Assembly (NCBI GenBank): GCA_035516795.1
Contig: DATIZX010000055.1
Coordinates: 21,412-85,411 of the forward strand
From: Verrucomicrobiia bacterium
GTDB lineage: Bacteria; Verrucomicrobiota; Verrucomicrobiia; Palsa-1439
Length of the DNA stretch: 64,000 bases
Direction of reading: 5' to 3'
A model generated the notes under the pieces. It was not told the DNA's origin. It worked only from the letters and a program-made list of their open reading frames with translations, and searched no databases. Positions 1 to 8,669 of this stretch are shown piece after piece (within the stretch, counting starts at the first letter, position 1; the number at the start of each line of letters is the position of its first letter). The translations under genes were made by a program, and so were the position numbers.

Positions 1-527
1 CACCGACCCGGAAAGGCAATCAGCATCCAACCATCGTTCCCTACGAGACGTTCAAAGCCCGTGACCGTTACTTCAATTTGGCAGTCGGCAACGACCGGCT
101 GTGGCAGCAATTCTGTGACCTCATCGCAAAGCCGGATCTCAAGACGCACGAGAAGTTTGCTACCAATCCGCAACGCGTTCAGAATCACGCGGAGTTACTT
201 CCCATTTTGCAGAAGGTGTTCGCCGAAAAACCTGCCGACCACTGGCTGGCGCTCTTCGAAAAGAATGGCATCCCTTGCGGCCCGATTTTTTCCGTCGCCG
301 AGGTTCTGGAACATCCGCAGGTTCAGGCCCGCGAAATGGTCGTCGAGCGCCCACATCCGAAACTTGGCAAGGTGAAGATGACCGGCGTGCCCGTTAAACT
401 TTCGGACACCCCCGGAGAGGCAGGTATCGCACCGCCTCTGCTCGGTCAGCACACGGACGAGGTGCTGGGCGAATTGGGATACAGTGCTGACGACATTGCG
501 GGCCTCAGGAAGGCGGGCGCGATATGA
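1..527 (+). CDS. CoA-transferase family III (CaiB/BaiF-like), C-terminal fragment; gene begins upstream of the window
   Basis: ORF 78..527 is open back to the window edge. The translated sequence matches the conserved C-terminal region of family III CoA-transferases. Its stop overlaps the next start (ATGA). Confidence 0.75.
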   Translation, partial: PTRKGNQHPTIVPYETFKARDRYFNLAVGNDRLWQQFCDLIAKPDLKTHEKFATNPQRVQNHAELLPILQKVFAEKPADHWLALFEKNGIPCGPIFSVAEVLEHPQVQAREMVVERPHPKLGKVKMTGVPVKLSDTPGEAGIAPPLLGQHTDEVLGELGYSADDIAGLRKAGAI

Positions 528-919
528 TCCAGGGAATCGACCACATCGGCATTGCCGTCAAAAGCATCGACGAAGCGAAAAAGTTCTGGGTCGATACGCT
601 CGGCTTGAAATTGACGCACGTCGAAGAGGTGCCCGAGCAGAAGGTGCGCGTCGCGATGCTGGAAGCGGGCGCGGCCACCATTGAATTGCTCGAACCGACT
701 TCACCTGACAGTCCCGTGGCCAAGTTCATCGAGAAACGGGGTGAGGGCCTGCATCACGTGACACTGCAAACTGATCAGTTGGCCGAGTGTCTGAAAGCGC
801 TTAGGGCAGCGGGCGTGAGTTTGATCGACGAAAAGCCGCGCGTTGGCGCCGGCGGCTCCCGCATTGCTTTCCTGCACCCGAAATCCGCCCACGGCGTCTT
901 GATTGAATTGTGCGAGTAA
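524..919 (+). CDS. methylmalonyl-CoA epimerase (VOC/glyoxalase-fold)
   Basis: 131 aa. N-terminus HIGIAV...FW, and the EGLHHV and LHPKSAHGVLIEL motifs, are typical of methylmalonyl-CoA epimerase. Translationally coupled (ATGA) to the upstream CoA-transferase. Confidence 0.75.
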   Translation: MIQGIDHIGIAVKSIDEAKKFWVDTLGLKLTHVEEVPEQKVRVAMLEAGAATIELLEPTSPDSPVAKFIEKRGEGLHHVTLQTDQLAECLKALRAAGVSLIDEKPRVGAGGSRIAFLHPKSAHGVLIELCE

Positions 920-1068
920 CTACGCCATCGCTGAACGCCGCCTGAGGTCACGTGGCCTGCAAGATTCGGGCGCGGGAACCCGTACTTGATTTCTCTCCGC
1001 TCACAGATGTAGTATCAAGCTGCGCGTTGATTCAATAAAAGTAACACAATCATTCCCGGAGGTTCATC

Positions 1069-2454
1069 ATGTCACTCCTGATCAAGAACGGCAACGTCAT
1101 CACCGCCAGCGAGAACTACGTCGCTGATATTTTCTGCGAGGGCGAACAAGTCACCCGCATCGGCACCGGCCTTGAGGCGCCGCCGAATGCCACCGTCATC
1201 AATGCCACCGGCAAATACGTGTTCCCCGGGTTCATCGATCCGCATGTGCATATTTACCTGCCATTCATGGGTACGTTCTCCAAGGACACACACGAGACGG
1301 GCAGTAAAGCGGCACTCGTGGGCGGGACCACGACAATCATCGAAATGGTCTGTCAGGCGAAGGCGGAACAACCGCTCAAGGACGGCTTTGAACTCTGGCT
1401 TGGTAAAGCGCAGGGCCACAGCGCCTGTGATTTCACGTTCCATCAGACGGTCTCCCGGCTGGACAAAGAAGCCGAAGGACAGATCGCCGAAATCGTCAAG
1501 GCCGGCATTGCCAGCTTCAAGATTTTTCTCGCGTACAAAGGCGCGTTCAGTCTCACCGACGAAGAGCTGTATCACACCATGCGGTTGGCCAAAAAACTCG
1601 GTGTCATCGTCACCGCACATTGCGAAAACGCAGACCTCGTATTGGAATTACAGAAGAAACTGCTGAGCGAAGGTAAAACCGGTCCCGAATGGCATTACTG
1701 GAGCCGGCCGCCACGCGTCGAGGCCGAGGGCGTGCATCATCTGGCAACATTCGCCGAGATGCACGGCACGCACATTTACACGGTCCACACCAGTTGTGAA
1801 GAATCGCTTACCGAAGCCATGGCGGCGAAGGCACGCGGCGTGAAGATTTGGGTCGAGACGCTCATCCAATATCTCGTGCTCGACAAGAGCTACGCCGAAT
1901 TGCCGAATTTCGAGGGTGCGAAGTTTGTCATGTCGCCGCCGTTACGCGACAAGAAGAACCAGGAAATCTATTGGAACGCGCTGCGGCAGCGCTTCGTCAG
2001 CACGGTTGCGACCGACCACGCCCCGTTCGATTACAAGACGCAAAAGCCGATGGGTAAAGACGATTTCACCAAGATTCCCAACGGCATTCCGTCGCTCGAA
2101 GACCGGGTGAATCTCCTCTACACGCACGGCGTCTGTGAGGGTCGGCTCGACCTGAATCAGTTCGTGGACTGCGGCAGCACGCAGGCGGCGAAGCTGTTCG
2201 GTTTATTCCCGCGCAAAGGCACGATTGCCATCGGCAGCGACGCTGACCTCGTCGTCTATGATCCCAAGTACAAGGGCAAGATTTCTGCCAAGACGCAGAT
2301 GATCAACGTGGACTACAGCGCGTTCGAAGGCTGGGAGATCAAAGGACGCCCGAGCGTCGTTACTGTCCGCGGCGAAGTCGCTGTGAAAGACGGTAAGTTT
2401 GTTGGCCAACCCGGTCGCGGCAAACTTCTGAAACGCGAGCCTACGCATTTCTAG
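1069..2454 (+). CDS. dihydropyrimidinase / D-hydantoinase (cyclic amidohydrolase)
   Basis: 461 aa with the GFIDPHVH metal-binding motif, a carboxylated-Lys region and overall hydantoinase architecture. GGAGG RBS lies 8 nt upstream. Confidence 0.85.
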   Translation: MSLLIKNGNVITASENYVADIFCEGEQVTRIGTGLEAPPNATVINATGKYVFPGFIDPHVHIYLPFMGTFSKDTHETGSKAALVGGTTTIIEMVCQAKAEQPLKDGFELWLGKAQGHSACDFTFHQTVSRLDKEAEGQIAEIVKAGIASFKIFLAYKGAFSLTDEELYHTMRLAKKLGVIVTAHCENADLVLELQKKLLSEGKTGPEWHYWSRPPRVEAEGVHHLATFAEMHGTHIYTVHTSCEESLTEAMAAKARGVKIWVETLIQYLVLDKSYAELPNFEGAKFVMSPPLRDKKNQEIYWNALRQRFVSTVATDHAPFDYKTQKPMGKDDFTKIPNGIPSLEDRVNLLYTHGVCEGRLDLNQFVDCGSTQAAKLFGLFPRKGTIAIGSDADLVVYDPKYKGKISAKTQMINVDYSAFEGWEIKGRPSVVTVRGEVAVKDGKFVGQPGRGKLLKREPTHF

Positions 2455-2641
2455 GCGGTGGCTGCGGTTCGTCTGGCTGGCATGCAGCACTGTTGGCAGT
2501 GTCGCGTGTGGACGTTGCGGGTTTCCTGTAGCGCAAGCATTGCGAGTAATAACTCGTTGTACCCGTTCCGTTCTGGAGCGGAACGCGTCGGCACCCTGGC
2601 GGAACGATCACACGGGTTGTGTACGCGTTGGTCCCTGTGAC

Positions 2642-3412
2642 TCACTTCATCATTTCTGCGAGCGCGGGCTGCATGGCATCGGCCCAGATTTGATATCCCT
2701 TTGCGTTGGGGTGCAGCAAATCGGGCATAATGCTTCCGGGGAGCGTGCCATCCGCCTCAAGGAACTCCGGCCCAATATCCAGGAACTTCATCATTTTGCC
2801 GTCATCCAGCTTGGCCAGCGCCGTGTTGATCACCGCGACCTGGGCGCGTTGCGGGTCGTCGACAACTCCGCGCGGAAAAATCCCGAGGAGTAGAATCTTT
2901 GTCTCGGGCAGTCGAGCACGCAAACCTTTGACGACGGCAGTGACCCCTTCAATGACCTCAGGAATGCTGTTGCGGGGTTTGCCGTTCCGCTCCTTACCGG
3001 TATTGTTGGTGCCGATCATCAGCACGACAACCTTGGGCTTGAGACCGTCCAGTTCGCCATGCTGCAGGCGCCAAAGCACGTGCTGCGTGCGGTCACCGCC
3101 GATACCGAAGTTGGCGGCATGCAGTGGCGCATAACACTTGTTCCAAACATTCGAGCCTCGGGTGCGCCAGCCATCGGTAATCGAATCGCCCAGAAACAGA
3201 AGATTGATGCCACCCGCTTTGGTAAGCACCAGAAATCCTTCGTGACGCTTCAGCCATTTCGCATCGCGCGGCACAGGAATGATCGCCGTGTTGCCGGCAA
3301 GGACTTCCGACGGCTTAGGGGGAAGGTCGGCAGGACTTTGAGCAGTTGCCACCGTGAAGGCTGAGATCGTGGAGAAAAGGAGAATGGAAGAGAGCAAACG
3401 TAAAGCTTTCAT
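2642..3412 (-). CDS. secreted SGNH/GDSL-family hydrolase (PAF-acetylhydrolase-like esterase)
   Basis: 256 aa with an N-terminal signal peptide, a GDSIT block (FLGDSITDG), GTNN, and a C-terminal DxxHP (LLHPN) catalytic motif. Confidence 0.8.
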   Translation of the reverse strand: MKALRLLSSILLFSTISAFTVATAQSPADLPPKPSEVLAGNTAIIPVPRDAKWLKRHEGFLVLTKAGGINLLFLGDSITDGWRTRGSNVWNKCYAPLHAANFGIGGDRTQHVLWRLQHGELDGLKPKVVVLMIGTNNTGKERNGKPRNSIPEVIEGVTAVVKGLRARLPETKILLLGIFPRGVVDDPQRAQVAVINTALAKLDDGKMMKFLDIGPEFLEADGTLPGSIMPDLLHPNAKGYQIWADAMQPALAEMMK

Positions 3413-3475
3413 GCGGTCATCCTAACATTTTGGGGGAAAAGAGACGACCAGGTTTCACGATTGCGGCTCGCGCCT

Positions 3476-4099
3476 TTATTTCAGAAGCAACCGGAGTAAT
3501 TGAATGGCAACGCTCACCGCCGCGTCAGGACCGTTCTCAGAACCCGGGAAGAGCCACAAATTGCCGGTCCGCCCGACTGGCGGAAGACAGTCTTGCATCA
3601 GATCCAGATCGCCTTCTCGTTCCAGCTTCATGGCACGTTCGCTGTGATAATTGCTCTTGGCCAACGCCAGGAGCATATTCTGCAATTCGTTGGCGTCGAG
3701 CCACACCAGTGCACACGAATCGCAGCGGTCGATCTGAATCGCGCCGAGGCTCATGTAACCATATTTCTCCATCACTTTGCCGCAATCCGGGCAATGCAGG
3801 GCGGTCTCATTTTGCCAACCTTCAAGGGCATGAAACTGCATCTCCTCAGCCTGTTTCTCTGAAACAGAATGCCAGCTCGATTCCAGGATTCGCACCAAAT
3901 CCGGGTGCGCCAATAGCAGGCCACGACCCGCCTGACAGAGCCGAACCTGAATCGTGTCAACCTGCGCGGTCTCGAGCGTCTTTTGGCACCGAGGACAACA
4001 GGCGCTCACACTTTTCTCCCGAATTTCTTCTCCAGTTCCGCGTACGAAATCTGGATCATCGTCGGGCGTCCGTGCGGACAGGTGTAAGGCAGGTCGCAT
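3476..4099 (-). CDS. protein with two TFIIB-type zinc-ribbon domains (COG3809-like)
   Basis: Two repeats of CPxC...CxxC...W(L)D..EL..(L/M). The annotated ATG overlaps mutL by 94 nt. An in-frame GTG at 4009 would give a 4-nt overlap and is the more likely start. Confidence 0.5.
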   Translation of the reverse strand: MRPALHLSARTPDDDPDFVRGTGEEIREKSVSACCPRCQKTLETAQVDTIQVRLCQAGRGLLLAHPDLVRILESSWHSVSEKQAEEMQFHALEGWQNETALHCPDCGKVMEKYGYMSLGAIQIDRCDSCALVWLDANELQNMLLALAKSNYHSERAMKLEREGDLDLMQDCLPPVGRTGNLWLFPGSENGPDAAVSVAIQLLRLLLK

Positions 4100-5832
4100 T
4101 GGTGGAGCTGCTGGAGCAGCGCGCGCAGTTCCTCGCCGCGCAGGGGATCGTGCGCCTTGACCGCGTGACGGCAGACCGTTGTGGCGATCTTATCCTCACC
4201 GAGTCGACGCGCGTGAATTTGCTCACCGGTTTGCCGTAACTCATCGACGATGTCACGAAATGTTTGCGCGAGATTGGCCGTCGGAAAATACGGGGGCAAA
4301 GCATCAATAAGAAACGTTCGTTCGCCGAACTCGTTCACGCCGATGCCAAGCTTCTGGAGCACTTTCTCATTTGCCTGCAGGAACGCGGCGTCACGCGCAT
4401 CGAGTTCGAGCGTCAAAGGGAGCAACAGCTTCTGCGAGGGTGCCGAATCGGTTTCGAGTTCCTTGAGCATCTTTTCGAACAGGACGCGTTCGTGGGCAGC
4501 ATGTTGATCCATCAAGACCAAGCCTTCCGGAGATTCCAGCAGCACGTAGAGTTGCCCGATTACACCGACCACGCGCCAACCACCCTCAGCGGCGGGGACT
4601 TCGGCCGGAGTTTCAACCGGCGGCTCGAAATCCGACTGGATATAGTTTCGGCTGCCTCCAGCCAATTCCTCCGGTGCGGCTACTTCGCCAGGGACCGCTG
4701 CAGTTGCTGCTGGTCCGCTGGAAACAGCGGACCCTACAACTGCTCCGCCGGGGACGGCAGATACTACATCGATTCGCACTGGTCGCACTTCGCCTTTCGG
4801 TTCGAGCGCGGTGCGCACGGCGTCGATCACGGCCTGTCGCACGGCGAATTCGTCGCGGAAACGCACTTCACGTTTGGCAGGATGAATGTTTACGTCCACC
4901 AATTCCGGATCGATATCGATAAACAGGAATGTGACCGGGAATTTTCCTTTCATCAGTGCGGTGTGATACCCCTCAAGCAGAGCGTAGTTGATGCCCTTAC
5001 TTTCGACCGGACGGCGGTTGACGAACAAATGCTGTTGGCTGCGATCGGACCGGCTCACACCCGGTCTGCCGATGAAGCCAGAAACCTGAATGGCAGATGC
5101 GACTTTCGGCGACGTGCTGGTCGCCCCGACTCTCGCCTCGAGGCTCCCACAAGACAAGCCTACCGGCACCAATTGTTCCACCAGTTGTGCACCGTTGAGT
5201 TCGCGCAGTCGATCGGGCAATTCTTTCGTCGGCGCGAGATTGAAGGTTTCGCGGCCATCAATGACGAGCTTGAACGCCACGTTGGGATGTGCCAGCGCGC
5301 ACAAGGTCACGATGTGCTCGATGTGCGCGGTTTCCGTGGGCAACGAGCGCAGAAACTTACGGCGGGCCGGCAGGTTGAAGAACAAATTGCGTACTTCGAC
5401 GACGGTACCCTCCGCCGCGCCGACGTCGATCACCGAAAGAATCTTACCGCCTGCAATTTCGATTTGTGTGCCGTTGAGCGTCCCGCGTTCCCGGCTGCTG
5501 AGCGTGAACCGGGACACCGCGGCGACGCTGGGAATGGCTTCGCCGCGAAAACCGAGCGAGGTGATGCTGTGCAGGTCCTCCGCTTTGGAAATCTTGCTGG
5601 TCGCGTGCCGTTCCAGCGCCAACAGCGCGTCGTCGCGTCCCATGCCGCACCCGTCATCAGAGACGTTGATGAGGGAGCGTCCTCCATTCTTGATCGTGAC
5701 ACTGATACGCCCTGCGCCTGCGTCCAGCGAGTTTTCAACCAGTTCTTTAACCACCGATGCCGGACGCTCGACGACCTCGCCGGCCGCGATTTGGTTGGCC
5801 ACCTGTTCGGGTAGTAGTCGAATCCGGTTCAC
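4006..5832 (-). CDS. mutL: DNA mismatch repair protein MutL
   Basis: 608 aa. N-terminal GHKL ATPase motifs (QIAAGEVVERPASVVKELVENSLDAG, DDGCGM, GFRGEA) and a C-terminal dimerisation domain. Confidence 0.9.
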   Translation of the reverse strand: MNRIRLLPEQVANQIAAGEVVERPASVVKELVENSLDAGAGRISVTIKNGGRSLINVSDDGCGMGRDDALLALERHATSKISKAEDLHSITSLGFRGEAIPSVAAVSRFTLSSRERGTLNGTQIEIAGGKILSVIDVGAAEGTVVEVRNLFFNLPARRKFLRSLPTETAHIEHIVTLCALAHPNVAFKLVIDGRETFNLAPTKELPDRLRELNGAQLVEQLVPVGLSCGSLEARVGATSTSPKVASAIQVSGFIGRPGVSRSDRSQQHLFVNRRPVESKGINYALLEGYHTALMKGKFPVTFLFIDIDPELVDVNIHPAKREVRFRDEFAVRQAVIDAVRTALEPKGEVRPVRIDVVSAVPGGAVVGSAVSSGPAATAAVPGEVAAPEELAGGSRNYIQSDFEPPVETPAEVPAAEGGWRVVGVIGQLYVLLESPEGLVLMDQHAAHERVLFEKMLKELETDSAPSQKLLLPLTLELDARDAAFLQANEKVLQKLGIGVNEFGERTFLIDALPPYFPTANLAQTFRDIVDELRQTGEQIHARRLGEDKIATTVCRHAVKAHDPLRGEELRALLQQLHQCDLPYTCPHGRPTMIQISYAELEKKFGRKV

Positions 5833-5947
5833 GGCGTGCAGTGTAGCGCCGCAGGATTTTCTTTTCCAAGGCTAAACCAAACCGTGACGCAGCATCGCTT
5901 GACCCTCGTTCTGGCGGAGGGTAAGATTGCTGCGCCGATTCGGGATG

Positions 5948-6025
5948 GTGGCTGTAGCTCAGCCTGGTTAGAGCCCCAGATTGTGGATCTGGTTGTCGCG
6001 GGTTCGAATCCCGTCAGCCACCCCA
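5948..6025 (+). tRNA. tRNA-His (anticodon GTG) with encoded G-1 and CCA
   Basis: Manual fold: acceptor GTGGCTG/CAGCCAC plus an extra 5' G paired to discriminator C (His-specific). D-stem GCTC/GAGC. Anticodon stem CCAGA/TCTGG with loop TTGTGGA, giving anticodon GTG. T-arm GCGGG-TTCGAATC-CCGT. 3' CCA encoded. Confidence 0.85.
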
Positions 6026-6263
6026 TCCTTCACTCGAACTTGGGCTTCTTGATACAAACCATTAAAAGCACAATCACTTGCAACGGTTCTAACACCCTCT
6101 TTATCTTTAAAAGTAAATCCCCTTGGACTCAAAACCGCGAGCAGACGTTTCTTCGGTTCAACTGATAACTGAGAATAGAACGACTTCGCGTCACTCGTTC
6201 AGTGACGCTTTTGCAGCCACAGACTGGTTGCGAAGTCTTGCATGGCGAACCACCTTTTCCATC

Positions 6264-8657
6264 CTAATCGCGGTGCAGTTTGGACCACGGTGCAGCAAAG
6301 GCAGCGACACCGGTTAGGAAAAGGCTGAGAACCGAAACAACGATTCCAAGTCTGAGGACCGGCGGCGAGAAATGGACGACGATTCGACCGCTACCCGGTT
6401 CAGGAATGACCAGACCCTGAAATGCGCCGAAGACCTCCACAATCTTCAGGCGTCCATCGTTCGCCACCCACCCGGGATAAAATGACTGAGAGACGAAGAT
6501 GATGCCCGGCTGACTAACCTTGTATTTGAGGGAATAGGTTTCGGGACGCGCGGTCTTGAACTGAACTACATCCGCCGCAATGGGCCTTTGCCGGAACTGT
6601 GCCTGCTGGCGCAGCGTCTCAGTGCCCACCGGTTTTACGACAGCGATTTCGTTGTTCCAATCAATCGTGCACCGTTCCAGTTCGCCGAGAAGGGTCGTGC
6701 GGGAATCCGATTGATGAATCCGGGAGAAAAACTTCGCGCGGGGGAGAGAGTTGGTGATGATGTCGACCCACGAATTACCTTGGGAGTCGAATTCAGTGGC
6801 CAGCGCAACGTTTTGGATGCCCAGTTTGGCTGCGCGGTTGGTGATGTTTTGGAATCTGGCAACGGAGTCCAGATAAAAACTCGTGTAGCCTTCCGGAACT
6901 TCCAAAAAATCGTGGAAATAAGCGAGGTTTCGCGGGCAGGTCAGTTCTTCTCGGACTTTGTCTCGAATGATTTGCGCGAAACGAAAGGGGTGGTACTGCC
7001 GGTGATAATCTTGAATGAAAGAGAGCAGTTCACTGCTTTGCGGATAAAACACATCGGGATTCTCTGCGCCGCATTGAAAATCCGCATATGAATGGTAAAA
7101 ATCGACGAACAAAACCAACGGGATAGCCCAGAGACAAAACGTTTGGCCCCAGCTTCTTCGCACGTGCGTAGTCCCGTGGACGGCCAACGCGCAGAGTGCG
7201 CCTGCGGCGAGCGCGAACAACGATTCGTGCAGCGCCCAGCTCAATTTATCGGCATCACTGAGGCCAACTCCAAAGTGTTTCCCCCAGGAGAATAATACGA
7301 GACAAAGGCAGGCACACACTGCTGCCGGTAACCACGCCGGCCAGAATCGGGAGACTGCAGCAGGATACTTCAAAAACTCAATGGCTTGCGCGCAGAGGAC
7401 CGCGGCCGCAAAGGTGGCAACACAAGACATCTTCGCCGGTCCACGGAACAGGGAGGCGCCGGGGAGGCTGTAATACAGGGCTTGGAACAAGCCGCCATAT
7501 CGTCCCAACATAAACCAGACGCTGGCGAGCCATACGACGAGAAAAAATCCGACGGCGGCTTTCTTTTCGAGACATCTCCAATTAAAGAGCAGCAGAAAAA
7601 TTGAGATCCAAAACAGTTGACCGGCGTAAGCGCCGAATTCCCAATACTGCCAATAGCCGGTCTGGGCTCGATAGGTCCCGGTTTGCATGACCGTCGGGCT
7701 GCGACGATCGTAGCCCCAGAAGGCACGCGGCGAGCCACCATCCAGGGACTCTCCGAAAAATCTCGGCACCAAGAGGGTTAAGAGCTGATCGCGGGGCAAC
7801 GATGTGTCCGCAACTGTGACAAATGGCTGTCGTGAACGGCCTGTGTGCGACCAGTTTTGTATGGCCGGCAACACCATCACGGCGCCCAAACCAACAACCA
7901 GCAGGAACGTTGCAATCAGTCGCGGAATTTCCACTGTGGCAACCTGCCATATCGTTGCCCGCCAGTTCGCAGCAACTTTCCGCCGCGAGCACCAACTGCG
8001 GTACAACCAATAAGCGGCAACCAGGTACCAGCAATAAACGGTGGTTTGCTGATGACCTGCCAATAGCGACATCAGCGCGGCGCCGACGAAGCCCAGCCAT
8101 GCCCAGCGCCCCCCACGCTCGGTCAATCTGTGCACACACATTAATTGCAGCGGAAGCCACACGTACACCTGAATCATCACGAAGTTAACAACCCTCAAGG
8201 AAGGGAAGCCGGAAAGACTGAAAACGAGCGCACCAGTCAATCCGGCAATGGGGCTGAGCTTGAGCTGTTTCAGAAACAAGTACATCAGGACGCCGCCCAA
8301 AGCGTAATGCAGGATAATGTATCTCTGATAAACCAAGAACGGCAAACGCCCATTGTGCACGAACGGAACCAAGAGCCATTGGAGCGGATAGAACACCGAC
8401 ATCTGTGGATCAGAATAAAAGGGCATCCCGTCGTGTACCCCTGGAAACCACAACGGAAACCGGCCGGCATGGATCGCCCGGGCGAAGTAGTTGATCCCGG
8501 GATAAAACTCCGTCAGTGTGTCCTCCCATATGAAGTGTGTCCCCATGAGGAAATCCCGATAGAAGAATGCCACGAACCCCATCAAAACGGCGATGGCGAT
8601 AACGTCAGGAATGGCTGGCGCAGGTTTTTCTTTCCCCAATAGCAGAGCCTTGCGCAT
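6264..8657 (-). CDS. YfhO-like polytopic membrane protein (putative membrane glycosyltransferase family), paralog 1
   Basis: 797 aa with many predicted TM helices. Conserved N-terminal block (FYRDFL..G..FIWEDTLTEFYPGINYFA...RFPLW.PGVHDGMPFYSDPQ) is shared with the downstream paralog. Confidence 0.65.
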   Translation of the reverse strand: MRKALLLGKEKPAPAIPDVIAIAVLMGFVAFFYRDFLMGTHFIWEDTLTEFYPGINYFARAIHAGRFPLWFPGVHDGMPFYSDPQMSVFYPLQWLLVPFVHNGRLPFLVYQRYIILHYALGGVLMYLFLKQLKLSPIAGLTGALVFSLSGFPSLRVVNFVMIQVYVWLPLQLMCVHRLTERGGRWAWLGFVGAALMSLLAGHQQTTVYCWYLVAAYWLYRSWCSRRKVAANWRATIWQVATVEIPRLIATFLLVVGLGAVMVLPAIQNWSHTGRSRQPFVTVADTSLPRDQLLTLLVPRFFGESLDGGSPRAFWGYDRRSPTVMQTGTYRAQTGYWQYWEFGAYAGQLFWISIFLLLFNWRCLEKKAAVGFFLVVWLASVWFMLGRYGGLFQALYYSLPGASLFRGPAKMSCVATFAAAVLCAQAIEFLKYPAAVSRFWPAWLPAAVCACLCLVLFSWGKHFGVGLSDADKLSWALHESLFALAAGALCALAVHGTTHVRRSWGQTFCLWAIPLVLFVDFYHSYADFQCGAENPDVFYPQSSELLSFIQDYHRQYHPFRFAQIIRDKVREELTCPRNLAYFHDFLEVPEGYTSFYLDSVARFQNITNRAAKLGIQNVALATEFDSQGNSWVDIITNSLPRAKFFSRIHQSDSRTTLLGELERCTIDWNNEIAVVKPVGTETLRQQAQFRQRPIAADVVQFKTARPETYSLKYKVSQPGIIFVSQSFYPGWVANDGRLKIVEVFGAFQGLVIPEPGSGRIVVHFSPPVLRLGIVVSVLSLFLTGVAAFAAPWSKLHRD

Positions 8658-8669
8658 GCTTTAAAGCGG

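Noticed and set aside
4264-5814. 516-aa ORF on the plus strand
   Set aside because: Entirely antisense to mutL, with low-complexity, Arg-rich translation. This is a typical spurious ORF in GC-rich DNA.
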